Source: Laetmonice hystrix
Lineage: Eukaryota
NCBI GenBank assembly: GCA_965235115.1
Contig: OZ249436.1
Span: 45,944,001-46,008,000 of the forward strand
Reading direction: 5' to 3'
Length of the DNA: 64,000 bases
Under the pieces are notes generated by a model that searched no databases, was not told where the DNA came from, and saw only the letters and a list, made by a program, of their open reading frames with translations. This document shows positions 39,406-53,495 of the stretch, in pieces; position 1 is the stretch's first letter; each line of letters starts with the position of its first letter. The translations under genes were made by a program, and so were the position numbers.

Positions 39406-40871
39406 CTTTGACGTTCCCGAAATTCGGGAAATTGGGACTGTCGGTCGCGGACAGCGTCCTTCCGGAATGCGCGTGCACATTGCACGATTTCCGGCGGCAA
39501 AACATGGCGGGAATCATGACTCAACGTAGTCTCGATCACCAGACCCTTTTTCTCGCTAGAGGTCGCTCGCCGCTCGGAAAAAGGGTCTGGGGACAGTTGG
39601 TTCAGGTAGTTCCGAGGAAGGCGGCCATGATGTATCTGTCATATCACAGCAGCTGATTCATTCGGGACTCCCTCGGGCATATGACGTCACTTCCTGCTAT
39701 TCGAATATACCCTCGGGTGGAATAGCGGCCATGTTTGGCAACCAGATACACCGCCAAATGGAGGTGTGTAGCGAGGCACTGAGTGAACCGTCATATCCCA
39801 TCGAGCCAGTAAGTAGTGCATTATTGACACCCGCTCCTTCGGCGTTGTATGTGCAAATATAAATTTCTGGTATGAAGGGGAACGTTTGAAGAAGAAAAAT
39901 GAATCACCCAATTTACCTAAATGGGCGTCAATACGGTAATTTATTAAATTCTGGGAAGCAATATGGCCGCGCCCATGTACGACACGCGTACGACACTGGC
40001 CCGACACATGGTAGGACTACTTGTAATCATGTTGTAATTTAAGTTGTATCATGACATGATACTATTGTAATATTGCCCACTGACTTCGGGGAAAGCATTG
40101 TAGGCCTATTTTAGTTGCTTCCATGCCTGATGCAGACAAAATACTGCAAGCACTGCCATGCTGTCGAGAGTCCCGGCTAAATGTACCCGAGATGCAATGC
40201 TCAAAATGGCACCTGTTTCACCCGAGGCTACTTTCGAAGATATGGCCGAGGATTCCCGAATGCAGCTGATTGGACGAGCGCGGAACTTGCTCTGGTCCCC
40301 AGCTCCAAGGCGAGTAAACGGCAGGGTACCAGTCCCACGTTGCACAACACAGACATTCCTCACGCTTGAATCAATAGGACGCCGGGTCGAACCCCCCTAG
40401 GGATTATCTTTTTCTATCATTATTTTGCCTAGAATGAATTCGTTTATGGATTAGGGGCTTTTTCTTTCGGATTTAGGCTTAGTTATGGGTTTAGGTTAGA
40501 TAGTGTTTAGAGTTTGAGGAATGTCTGCCCTGCGCCTGCGGCCAAGCTGAGCCTGAGCGGAGGCAGGCTGAGCCTGAGCGGAGGCGGAGTGTAGACCACG
40601 AGGTGACGAGCGAGGCAGTCTAACTTTCACAGTCTGGCAGGTATATGGCCGGAGTGTAGGCCTACCGCTGCCGGAATGTACCCCTAGTCGGAATGAAGGG
40701 GGGGGGGGGGGGGTAGCCCAAATATACCCTAGGCCTAGGCTACGGCTACGACCATCACCTGGTCGGCAGGCATAGCCTTAGTCTTAGGTGCGTGGCCGGC
40801 TACGTGTGAGGACTGGCCGCCGCGGTCACGGTGCCACGGCCGACTGGCACATTTTGACAGCGGTAGTCTAC

Positions 40872-41377
40872 ACTCGGACCATAATTTAGTTGGCAAGACA
40901 GCCAGCACATCGATCTATTTCCTCCACAATTAAAAAGAGCCTCGGACACTCGATCCACCTGCTTGCAATTGCATGTCCCGCAAGCTGAAACACGTTCTAT
41001 GCTGAAACTGATCTCCGAAATCATGCGGACTGAGGTTCAAGCCCGGAAGAGTAAAGTAGGACGGGTCAGGTCAAGGTCACATCCAAATATGGGAAGTGAA
41101 GTCAGGGTGGCGTCATAGCCAACCGGTGTGTTTGTCTCCAGTCAGTATAGACCGGAAACAGTCCACTCGCTGTGCGCAGAGTGGCTACCCAGGCTTTGCC
41201 GTTGGTGGGTCCGTTGATGGACTACAGTCCGTATATCCAGCTTGCGGATAGGAGGACTGGTGGTCGAGTCTAGACTCAACGCCTCCGACGCCATTTTCAC
41301 CTGCTATCACGTGACACACTCCCGCTTTCCGATTGGTCTACTCCTCAGAAATTCGGCTAGAGTCTGACACCAGACTT
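40872..41377 (-). pseudogene. Decayed RecQ-type helicase N-terminal fragment, probably an Academ(H)-type DNA transposon remnant
   Basis: Across frameshifts the minus strand reads LRDMQLQA (40960-40983) ... EALFN ... DVLAVLPT-x-YG-x-S (40872-40911), matching RecQ motif 0 and Walker A (DVLAVLPTGYGKS). Upstream lie a CCAAT box, GTCACGTGA, AAAATGGCG and a terminus-like AGTCTGGTGTCAGACT. Confidence 0.5.
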
Positions 41378-42314
41378 TCCCGATATTTTTCATTCCGGAT
41401 TTCTTGGCAATCGATGGCCCGATTTTGTGTGCACACTGTACGACGCTTGGCTGGTCTTAGTAAGATCTTAAGATTTTAGGAACCAGGCCCTGATGATAAT
41501 CAGTCATTCTAAAGTTTTTATTTTACTACAAAAACCAATGTTTGCCACAATCTATTGTGACAAATCACTCTGAAGTAGTGATGGCGTAAAGTATAAATTT
41601 AAATAAATTTCAGCATTGTCGATTTGTTTTCCTTCTTAGCTATTAGTGGAATTTGAGTACATTGGAAGTGCATTTTTAAATGAATATTTTCAAATCATTT
41701 ATATTAAACATATGTATCATTATTATGTTTAAATACCTTACAAAATATCCACCTGTTTAATAATCTCTCCTTTATAAGTTCTGTGTGATTCTAATCCAAA
41801 CATCATCGGCAATCGATGCCAACCTGACGGCGGTACAAGATTAGCTTACATCACGCCAAACTGCCGATCATACTTAGCGGCCACCTGTCGTCCCAGTCCA
41901 AGCGCCGCCTCATAACGGACACTAATACGTGGAGATAATGACGCCTCACTGGTGATCAGAAGTGTAATAATCCAGACAAGTCAGTGGACATGCAGGGAAC
42001 CAACAGACTGTCTCAATGGATCCCTTCGTGATTGTATTTCTCTCAGGTTAGCATAGCAATTCAATCAAGGCCCGGGTGCAAAACTACCCACTTTTACTGG
42101 CGTCTGCAGCAAACCTTTAGATTTTGGGGTTTTTTTTAAACTGCTGCCTCGGCTGCCTCAATGCAATTTACGGCGACTTGTGGCCCGAGGAACAAAAAAT
42201 AGGCCTACGTCCATCTTGGACAGCTTATAGGGTGCGAAGACTTCTTCCTTTTCTTGAAGACAGCGGAACACAAACATACAACCTTTTGAAGAATACATTG
42301 TATATAGCCATGTG

Positions 42315-42872
42315 ACTATCTGTAAGGCTCTCCGTGACAAGAAGCTGATGATGACTCAGTATTAGGCCTATATCTGTGAACCTATTGTAAGCGAACTATC
42401 TGTAAGGCTCTCAGTGACAAGAAGTTGATGATGACTCAGTATTAGGACTATATCTGTGAGCCTATTGTGAGCGAACTATCTGTAAGGTCTCAGTGACAAG
42501 AAGCTGATGATGACTCAGTATTAGGCCTATATCTGTAAACCTATTGTGAGCGAACTATCTGTAAAGTCTCAGTGACAATAAGCTGATGATGACTCAGTAT
42601 TAGGCCTATCTGTGAGCCTATTGTGAGCGAACTATCTGTAAGGTCTCAGTGACAAGAAGCTGATGATGACTCAGTATTAGGCCTATCTGTGAGCCTATTG
42701 TGAGCGAACTATCTGTAAGGTCTCAGTGACAAGAAGCTGATGATGACTCAGTATTAGGCCTATCTGTGAGCCTATTGTGAGCGAACTATCTGTAAGGTCT
42801 CAGTGACAAGAAGCTGATGACGACTCAGTCAGGTATTAGGCCTTTATCTGTGAGCCTATTGTGAGCGAACTA
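42315..42872. repeat. 77-80 bp minisatellite, about 7 units
   Basis: Unit actatctgtaaggtctcagtgacaagaagctgatgatgactcagtattaggcctat(at)ctgtgagcctattgtgagcga. Confidence 0.95.
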
Positions 42873-44974
42873 CATGAGGAGACTTCTCTGTGTGATTACC
42901 AGGTCCATTTAACTTGCAGTTCCATGAGATTAGGGCCCTTGGGAATCTCTTAACGACACTTTTTCAGCGCTTAGAAATGTCTAGACACGTCCCAGACCTG
43001 TCGCCAGTGTCAGTAGATCTATCTAGAAGTGACAATTGGTGTCAACTTTCATCTCTGGCTGGTCTTTATCTGATGTGTTTGGTTTCCACCGAAGTGTGAT
43101 CACAGATCTACATCTGAATAAAGTAATTCTTCCGGTTACTGAAATTAGATTTCCCCTGCCTTTACCCCGGTGTGATTTCCAAGTCTGCACAGATGTCCAT
43201 TTCACTTTAAATGTCATCAGATGGAGTCTGCAAAGTCGTAATACAATCTGACTTACCTAATCGACGTAATCGAGGACCGACCACTCGGCTGGGTGCTCCC
43301 GGCGGTCGATCTGCACACTGATCAATGCTATCTCTTTAGCTCGGTGGTGAATGTCCCCTTCTCAGCTGCGACGTTTGAATAACACTTGGTATCCACATCT
43401 GTTGTACATTTGGCCTTTAAAATTCAGTACACTGGTTCCCATGGTTACTCGGCCGTCTCGAGAGATCCCGTTTGAGAGGATGCCGTTGTCACTTCCGGTT
43501 GAGCGCGTCACCGTCAGGTGGGCTGTCGATGGTTGACGTCGTGCTCCTGGCGGCTATTACAAACATTAACGCGCACACCACGTCCCCCAAATAGATATTG
43601 ACTCAGGGTGGGTCTTGTGCTGCCGTTATGGTCACTTGATGCATGTAAATCAGTTTTCACGCTTCCCTTACTTCTACAGAGTAACACAACAGGCATAATT
43701 AGCTTATACTGTAGGCAACTCGAACCACCAAACAAGTCACCAACTGGACCACAGTTTACACGCTTCTTACAAAGAGTTTTCTTTCTCCTTACTCCGTCTT
43801 CTTCTTCTACTTTTACCTACAAATCTAAGTCGTAAATAGCAAGAATGCATTGCACTCTTCATTTTGATAAACTTGTGTATGATTAGGAGCCGCTCTCCAG
43901 GCGAAGTGATTAGGAGTTATGTAATAAGCTTCACAACAGTTATGTAATAATTTAATCTGCAACAAGGCGCCTCTAAATTCCTGGGAGTACCATTGAGTGC
44001 TCCGGAATGTTCGGATCCTTTTGTCATAATTGAAACGTTGAGAGGATCGCTCTTCTTAAACATTAGTATTATCCAGTAATTGCTTGGCTTGCAGTTTGTC
44101 TGGGACGAGACAAGAACTTAGTGAAGACAACTATCGGAGATCGATGATTATTACAGTAACAGCCTTCGTCAGCGATATATGGAAGGGAATGGTTCTATTA
44201 TGATCTGCTGCGATTTAATCATTCCCGCTCAGAGTGTGGCCGTTAATGATCCGTCTGCTCATCTACGACTTGTACCTTAATGGATCCTCAATCCTGGATG
44301 AGAGAGATTAGAAGCTGCATGAATATCAAAACCATGGGTAACGCATCCATCTAACTGTTGGTTTTGTCTCATCATGTGTACGCCTGTTAACAGCCGTGTT
44401 GTTGCAGCTCACTAAATCTGCTTGTTTTACTTCAGTGCGATCACAAGTGATTATGTCAACCGTTACACTCATGTTTACGTTTCTGTCAGACACAACATAA
44501 CAGCGGAGCACTTCGATGTTCTGTGCGAGGCGTGTCATTACATCATCTATCGACTTAAAATGGCACATGCTTTTCGAAAGTATTTTTTTAACATTAATGA
44601 CCAGAAAGTAGCACTACACTTGTTATGGGACTCGGTAATACGAGAAGCCCATGTTATGACCGCTGCAGTACGTAATAAGTCGGCAGCCTTTACTTCTCCG
44701 GCCGTTTTATTCGTATCTTTAGGAAAGGACTAAACTACAAAGTTGATCACATTCAACGCTCAGGGTATTTACAACCGATAGCTTTTCTATAGTATCATTT
44801 TTGTCCAGTTATATTGAATTTTTTAAGTTAGAAAACGACATTTAACCTTACAAATTCTCTCTGTTGGACTCGGCAAGAGACGTGACATTGTTTTTTCATG
44901 AAGGACTGCTGGACACATCTCATATAATATTATGTTGAGAGAGGTGCTGGTAAAACTGTCGAGTCCCAGCGGAA

Positions 44975-45009
<35 letters not shown>

Positions 45010-46902
45010 AAGCATGAGGCTGAGACCATGTGGACACGAGACTGGACCACAATGCCTCTGGTATATGACGTCATAGAGCGGAACGCCTCAACCGCATGTG
45101 GACCGAAAATTCGACCCAGTGTCAGTCCACCCAAATTAACGATATTTTTAAATGAAAAACTGTTTCTTTACCTAGTGTATGTATAAAAACCTTGGTCTGT
45201 TTATAATTTCTGAATTCAGTCCCATGGCGGGCTGAGGCGCACGAATAGGCCTACTAGAAGCGGTTTCAAGGTAAGCCAATCCTTACCTGTCGCCCCCGAG
45301 ACCTGACACGAGATTTGAATAATTGTGTGGATCTACCAGAGACCCAGGAGACTCTGTGAAAGTGGCCTATAGTTGATATGATGCCAGCGTTACTCACTGG
45401 ATACTTCCACTTAATCAAGTTGACATCTCCAGGCAGTCGATAATATATGCTGGAAATCACTCGAATAACGTATCACAGCGCCGACTGGTGGCAGACTGGC
45501 AACATTTAAACCATACCCTTGTGATTTCTGGTGGTATTATGTGGCCACATTTGACTTGTAGAGTTTGAATTTTCGTGTTTTCCCCTCAAGATATCTGTAA
45601 TTTAGATGTGATTTCATATGCCGCAGCCAATGTTGGGAATTTGTATATACTTCCTGCTTAGACTTGTAATTTTGAGAATACGTAAGAGGGCCAAACTTAC
45701 TCAGATACTATGTCAATAGTTTATAATACTCTTGGGGTGGTACGATACGTTTACAACTGTCCATAATGACGGGTTGTCTTCGTTTGAAAACCGATGTGAG
45801 GACTGGATAGACCCACCTCCCCTAACTGGACAGTTAGAGATTGATAGAGATAATGACAGCACAGACAACCAGCCAGTGTCTTTTACTTCAAGATAGATGC
45901 TATAATGGCTCCTCCTCTATGGTCAAACCCGTCGTCATAAAAAGGAGGAGCAGATTTCGCAAATGGCGCTTGGTTTCTCGAGAGTCGGCGACTTCCATGT
46001 CCTTACTTTCATCCATAACTTCCGAAGTACCGTCGACCTTCTGTCTTCAAATGTCAAGACATGGTAGGTGGCCAATACCGATCTTCACTGCAAACAATGA
46101 ATGTCCTCACGCGTCTATTTGTTTGACTGATTTTCGTAAATTTCACTGGTTCTCAGCAAGCACTGGCATTAGGACTCGTTACGACTCGTGTTACACTTGC
46201 TGAATGCTTCCGTTCTCCCAGCGCTGTTTTCTTGGACGTATGCAAATAATGACGCGGTGCATTGTTGATGGGAAAATGCCCGGATTAGAAGACAACAATG
46301 CCGGCGTCCCAAGTGGTCCTTTACCTGCGGGGAATCCATCGATCACGTAATGTACACTGTCAAGGGTAGGGTTAACATGGACACACACTAATGGTCAGGA
46401 CTGGAGGAGCGGACGGGAGCCTGGCGGGCGCGAGAACGCACTTACCGCTTTGTTGGAAGGAAAATAGTCCCTGATGCATCAGTTACAACGATTTTATCTT
46501 CATCTTTTTTTTCTTCGTCCTCCCCCCACAAATAATACCAACCCCTGCCTCCAGTGTAAAGACAGAAGTTTCAGTATCATCTTTTGGTTGAGCAGAATAT
46601 TAAAGCATGGTTGGTCAGTTCTTCCGAAATATATTCCTGTATTGCGTGTATGACCCAGGGTTGAAAGTCACGACGCGGAGATTCCTGTATTACATGTTTG
46701 ACGTCACCAGAGGGGCCTGTATCACTTGGCAGCCTCACTTTGAGGCTCCAACCACAGTGGCATGACAATCGGCATCCAGAGATTATGGGATGTAAACAAA
46801 CATGTGAGCTGTCTTGTTTGTCTCTTATAATAAATGTATATTTTATTTCATGTGGCTTTTATTTTATTTGTTATTTTATTTCATATGGTGGAGGGCGTGA
46901 GT

Positions 46903-46949
46903 GAAAGAGAGAGAGAAAGAGAGAGAGGGAGAAAGAGAGAGGGAGAGAG

Positions 46950-46984
<35 letters not shown>

Positions 46985-46989
46985 AAAAA

Positions 46990-47049
<60 letters not shown>

Positions 47050-47070
47050 AAAGAAAAAAAAGAAGAAAAA
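46903..47070. repeat. (GA)n/(GAAA)n microsatellite
   Basis: Direct inspection. Confidence 0.95.
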
Positions 47071-48980
47071 GTGAAGTTGGTCTTAGTCGACTAGGTACGT
47101 TCATCATACCGTTCGAAGAACTCTGAGACAACACGTGGTAACCCAATGGTAGCCGCCATAAGGAACTATGCCACAGATCGACCCACTGACGGGGAACGGG
47201 TTGTATTGCTACATCCCTTTAGAAGAGTCATGTCGCACTTTTCTCAGCCTTGCACCCTCCCGGCTCCAAGTGGACACTAAGTGACTCATCATACTGTCAG
47301 TGTTTGAACCATCAGCACGTGTTGCCAGACTACGACCGAACGTGGACCCATGCAAGCTCCTTCAGACCCATCAGCCAGTTCATGGGAGACAGACCCGAGT
47401 CTATCTAAACGATACTTTCAAACGTGACCGTTCACTGTACATGTGACCAGTGGTTTCGTAGCTTTATATAGTGGGGAGGTCAAGCTGGACCTCCAGAGTG
47501 GTGTCCAACACAACCACATTGTTTAGTAAGATAAAAACATTGTACAGGCGACAACCAAAGCCTGACGTGACACCGACGTTCTGCATACGACAGTCGTCAC
47601 CCAGCGTCAAGGTCCACATAGTTACAGTCAATTGTATACAAATTAGGGTCTCACCTCCAAAACCAATTGCCTACATGGCTGTATTTTAGTGGGTTCTTTA
47701 TCACAAAGCAATATAAGTGAACACCGACTTCAACATCAGAAGGTTTCCCAGGTAGAACAGTATTCCATATTAATCAAGACACCATTTCCACCGTCCTGTC
47801 TGTCCAAATTAAGTCCAGGTGCCACAACCAAGCATGTATGGCGGTGTAATACTGTCTACAGGTAAAACTGTTGACTGTAACTGACTGACTGACGTACAGA
47901 GTCGCCGGAGTGAGGTGTGACAAACAAACCTGGACAATGGACACCACCAACTGGTATTTATAGCACAAGAATTTATTTGAGGAGTGCATATACTGGCATA
48001 TCTTTCACCTATACTCAATTTACCACACATATCTTGCTTACTTTTATACAGTAATTCAATAAATTATGCCCAATGGTTAATTAATCACTTGATTATTGTT
48101 TGTTCATGAAGGAGTAAAAGTTTTAATAGCAATTAATGCAATGTGTGTCCCTGACTGCACGGATCTGCCGCTATATCCGTAAACCACCTCATTTCTGCAA
48201 TGCTGTCGTTTTTCTTAGTCAAAGAAAAAGAAATCAGTTCCAGTCAAGTAATCCTTTGAGACTATACGCGCATCGGCAAGTAAAGCGATAAAGATTTTCT
48301 TCTTTTTTCTCTTTCTCCCAATTGCATCAACATGCCTCATGCTCTATCAAATGGCGTTATTATAATATATATATGAAGGTTTTAAAGCCAGATTTTAAGC
48401 CATCTTCTCCCACCAAATGATGCCCGTCTTAGATTGTATTTAAAACCCAATTAACCAAATACCAATTATAACACAGGCAATTGTCTGTATTTAGTGAAAG
48501 AAAATATGTACGGTAGGTCAGGGCCTGAGAGTCTGACATAACAGATCATCACTACCTCTATTCAACTCAATCCTCCAATGGATGCCTCAAGGCCGCGGAG
48601 ATAACAGGAATACGGCATTTCTCAATCAAATCAACAGTATCAACACACGGTGTTTGGATTCCTCTTTGGTCCTTAATAATATATTACATTTTATTGTTAT
48701 AGCTACAATATGGTGTTGTGTCACATAATATACCAACAACGTGAGGTCGTAGCTGTATTATTCTCATGGGTGTCGGAATAGGAGGGCAGGGGGGCAGACC
48801 GTTTCGGATATCATTTGGAAACAATATAAAACCATTAACTGATCAGGCATAGATGTGTGGTCTCCATCCTCTTTATCCTGCTGCATGTCTCAAACATGGC
48901 AATAAGAATTTTCTTTTCAAATTCTTGGAATGCGGAAATAGATCCAATAGAGCAAATCAGCAAAAAACATCTCCATTTCC

Positions 48981-49220
48981 TACGAAGCTGTATTAGGGCC
49001 ATGGCAAAAAAAAATCACAAAAAAGTCTAACCCGTACGTACGCCTTAGTAACCCGTACGTACGACTTACTAAGTCGTACGTACGGGTTACTAAGTCGTAC
49101 GTACGGGTTACTAAGTCGTACGTACGGGTTACTAAGTCGTACGTACGGGTTACTAAGGCGTACGTACGGGTTAGATTTTTTTGTGATTTTTTTTTGCCAT
49201 GGCCCTAATACAGCTTCGTA
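48981..49220. mobile_element. Palindromic MITE with internal 21-bp tandem repeats
   Basis: TIRs tacgaagctgtattagggccatggcaaaa... / ...ttttgccatggccctaatacagcttcgta; the interior has 2 units in one orientation and 5 in the other (taagtcgtacgtacgggttac). Confidence 0.85.
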
Positions 49221-49850
49221 ACTTCCAACTATGTAATGCCAAAATGACACCTGCATGTGTATGCGGTCAGCGAATAACGGAACTGAAACCTGTTTTACAA
49301 AGTCGATACCCTCAGCGCCATCTGGTGTACGGTTTATGGATTTAGAACTGTGGGCTATTGTCTAATGTAAGACCGACACTGTTAGTCTATCCTTCCAATA
49401 CCACTTCACTTTGTTGATGTTCCTGGACTATGTTTTTATGAAGTTGTTCCCAGATCCAGTTGAAATTCCGGAAACAGGACGCGAGCCATACTTATTAGCT
49501 CTGACTTCGTGCAGAGGTTTCCAACTCGCTAGTTTGGGCCTATCAGGTACACGGATGGCAAGTGACTGTGCCTGTCTATAGAGCTGAATTAGCTGACTGA
49601 CATTTCCTGTATATAAATGATCCTCCTAGACAGCACAAACTAGATGTTTCACCCTTTTACCTGAAATACTTTCGACAGGTTTATCGCAGACAGGAAGGAC
49701 TGATACAGAAATAGAGCCACCCACGTCGTAATACATTAGGAAATCAGTTTGTATTAAACACCAGAAACTGTAAATTTCCAACTTTGTAAACCAAGGTATT
49801 ACCAAGGAAATGGTAATTTAATTCCATTTTTGTCTAAAGTTGAAGCTTAC

Positions 49851-49940
49851 TGCTTGAAGGCGTTACCATGCCTCTTGAAGCTGATCTTTTCAAGAAAATG
49901 TTCCAAGATTTCTAAGGATTTAGTAGGCTTGATCGGTCGG
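49851..49940 (-). CDS. Candidate internal exon of an unidentified gene (phase 2-2)
   Basis: ttctgtgttctag| 90 nt |gtaagc; only one frame is open: RPIKPTKSLEILEHFLEKISFKRHGNAFK. No family recognised. Confidence 0.35.
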
Positions 49941-49947
49941 CTAGAAC

Positions 49948-50239
49948 ACAGAATGTGTATTCCCAGGTGTTGCACTGAGACAGAATGTGTATTCCCAGGT
50001 GTTGCACTGAGACAGAATGTGTATTCCCAGGTGTTGCACTGAGACAGAATGTGTATTCCCAGGTGTTGCACTGAGACAGAATGTGTATTCCCAGGTGTTG
50101 CACTGAGACAGAATGTGTATTCCCAGGTGTTGCACTGAGACAGAATGTGTATTCCCAGGTGTTTCACTGAGGCAGAATGTGTATTCCCAGGTGTTTCACT
50201 GAGACAGAATGTGTATTCCCAGGTGTTTCACTGAGGCAG
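49948..50239. repeat. 32-bp minisatellite, about 9 units
   Basis: Unit acagaatgtgtattcccaggtgtt(g/t)cactgag. Confidence 0.95.
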
Positions 50240-50822
50240 TAATGGAATCGATGGATCCCCGTACGATTTAATATCCCTACATGTTCAGTTCTTGGGTATT
50301 AAACTGAGCTCTCTGGACAGATCCAGTACTTTATTTCAACTGGAATGCATACAGATGGTGATTTTAAATATCCCGTGGATATTCAGGTAATATCTTCGAG
50401 TTTAATTTTCTATACGCCCTAGGAGCAGATGTTTAAATTTCTGAACGTTCTATCAGCAGATATGAGTTCAATTTTCCTGATGTCTCCAGATTGCAGTCCG
50501 ACTAACATTGACACTGATTGGTTGATAATCTGGCATTCTGACATTCTCGGAGCGGATGTTACAATAGAAGCGTTTATCATTTGTTGAGCACTGCCTGTTT
50601 AATGATAAACTGTGGGCCTTTATTGTCAGTCCATGCATCTACCAGAACAATAACATTAATCTTGGTCTAAAACACGTATTTACTGGCAGACAATTAGCCA
50701 TTCATATGCCAATTTATGTAGCATTCCGAAGATCCTCAACTAAACGAAAAACATTTCATTTCAAACAAAGGCCTTTGCATTGCATTCTGCCCATTGCCTC
50801 CTTACCAGTTCTGATTTAGGCC

Positions 50823-52616
50823 TATATATTCGGTTACGAAGGTGGGTTTATTCTCTGTGATTTATATATTCGGTTACGAAGGCAGGCTTATTCTCCATGA
50901 TTTATATATTCGGTTACGAAGGCAGGTTTATTCTCTGTGATTTATATATTCGGATACGAAGGCAGGTTTATTCTCTGTGATTTATATATTCGGTTACGAA
51001 GACAGGTTTATTCTCTGTGATTTATATATTCGGTTACGAAGGCAGGTTTATTCTCCGTGATTTATATATTCGGTTACGAAGGCAGGTTTGTACTCCGTAA
51101 GTTATATTCGGTTACGAAGGCAGGTTTATTCTCTGTGATTTATATATTCGGTTACGAAGGCAGGTTTATTCTCTGTGATTTATATATTCGGTTACGAAGG
51201 CAGGTTTATTCTCCGTAAGTTATATATTCGGTTACGAAGGCAGGTTTGTACTCCGTAAGTTATATATTCGGTTACGAAGGCAGGTTTGTACTCCGTAAGT
51301 TATATATTCGGTTACGAAGGCAGGTTTGTACTCCGTAAGTTATATATTCGGTTACGAAGGCAGATTTATTCTCCGTAAGTTATATATTCGGTTACGAAGG
51401 CAGGTTTGTACTCCGTAAGTTATATATTCGGTTACGAAGGCAGGTTTGTACTCCGTAAGTTATATATTCGGTTACGAAGGCAGGTTTGTACTCCGTAAGT
51501 TATATATTCGGTTACGAAGGCAGGTTTGTACTCCGTAAGTTATATATTCGGTTACGAAGGCAGGTTTGTACTCCGTAAATTATATATTCGGTTACGAAGG
51601 CAGGTTTGTACTCCGTAAGTTATATATTCGGTTACGAAGGCGGGTTTGTACTCCGTAAGTTATATATTCCGTTACGAAGGCAGATTTCTTCTCCGTAAGT
51701 TATATATTCGGTTACGAAGGCAGGTTTGTACTCCGTAAGTTATATATTCGGTTACGAAGGCAGGTTTGTACTCCGTAAGTTATATATTCGGTTACGAAGG
51801 CAGGTTTGTACTCCGTAAGTTATATATTCGGTTACGAAGGCAGGTTTGTACTCCGTAAGTTATATATTCGGTTACGAAGGCAGGTTTGTACTCCGTAAGT
51901 TATATATTCGGTTACGAAGGCGGGTTTGTACTCCGTAAGTTATATATTCGGTTACGAAGGCAGATTTATTCTCCGTAAGTTATATATTCGGTTACGAAGG
52001 CAGGTTTGTACTCCGTAAGTTATATATTCGGTTACGAAGGCGGGTTTGTACTCCGTAAGTTATATATTCGGTTACGAAGGCAGGTTTGTACTCCGTAAGT
52101 TATATATTCGGTTACGAAGGCGGGTTTGTACTCCGTAAGTTATATATTCGGTTACGAAGGCGGGTTTGTACTCCGTAAGTTATATATTCGGTTACGAAGG
52201 CAGGTTTGTACTCCGTAAGTTATATATTCGGTTACGAAGGCAGGTTTGTACTCCGTAAGTTATATATTCGGTTACGAAGGCGGGTTTGTACTCCGTAAGT
52301 TATATATTCGGTTACGAAGGCAGGTTTGTACTCCGTAAGTTATATATTCGGTTACGAAGGCAGATTTATTCTCCGTAAGTTATATATTCGGTTACGAAGG
52401 CAGGTTTGTACTCCGTAAGTTATATATTCGGTTACGAAGGCAGGTTTGTACTCCGTAAGTTATATATTCGGTTACGAAGGCAGGTTTGTACTCCGTAAGT
52501 TATATATTCGGTTACGAAGGCAGGTTTGTACTCCGTAAGTTATATATTCGGTTACGAAGGCAGGTTTGTACTCCGTAAGTTATATATTCGGTTACGAAGG
52601 CAGGGTTATTCTCCGT
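50823..52616. repeat. 40-bp minisatellite, about 45 units
   Basis: Unit tatatattcggttacgaaggcaggtttgtactccgtaagt; the left units carry the variant ttattctctgtgat. Confidence 0.97.
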
Positions 52617-53183
52617 CCCAACATATAAGTCCCTTGTGGATCTCAAAGGTATCTCAGGACTTTGGGAGAGTGTGAACCACATACCATTTCGAGCGATATG
52701 TCTCAATGTCAGATGAGACAATGATTATCATTGACATCGTCAGATATTCCACAGGAAGGGAAGTGACAAAGCGCCCCAGGTTTAATACATATAAAACCGC
52801 ATAAATACTACCATTCATATAATGAGTGTCGAGACCAGAGATCGTGACACGGGTTGGCGCCAAAGCATAATTTTGATGGGGTTTGATGATTTACCTTCGC
52901 CGGTTTTTAACCCCCTGAATCATATAGGCTCAGACATTTAGTGCCCCTTTCAATAGACGCCTTTACTACTTTGTCATAAAGATACAATTCTTCGTAAAAA
53001 TGAATTTCGCTTTTCCGGTCAGACTCTCGTGGCTGACCGATTTCGCGAAATCGCTGAGCTACGAAGCGAAATCGGCAAGGAATGAAAGCTGACCAGTGAA
53101 AGGAAACTTATATGTACAAGGAAGATTTTATATATTTTAGTCACATTGATTTTCCGCGTGAAGAGTGTAATGGAATACGACTT

Positions 53184-53420
53184 GTTCCACGGATAATGAT
53201 GCTGCTATCAATGTTCCACGGATAATGATCCTGCTATGTGTCAATGTTCCACGGATAATGATGCTGCTATGTGTCAATGTTCCACGGATAATGATGCTGC
53301 TATGTGTCAATCTTCCACGGATAATGATGCTGCTATGTGTCAATCTTCCACGGATAATGATGCTGCTATGTGTCAATCTTCCACGGATAATGATGCTGCT
53401 ATGTATCAATGTTCCAGGAT
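53184..53420. repeat. 33-bp minisatellite, about 7 units
   Basis: Unit ttccacggataatgatgctgctatgtgtcaat(g/c). Confidence 0.95.
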
Positions 53421-53495
53421 AGAGCCCAGTGTGTGTTCGGGGTCGGGGTGGGCAGGTGGGTGAGTTCCCAGGGTGCCTTGTCACAGGTCGCTTAC

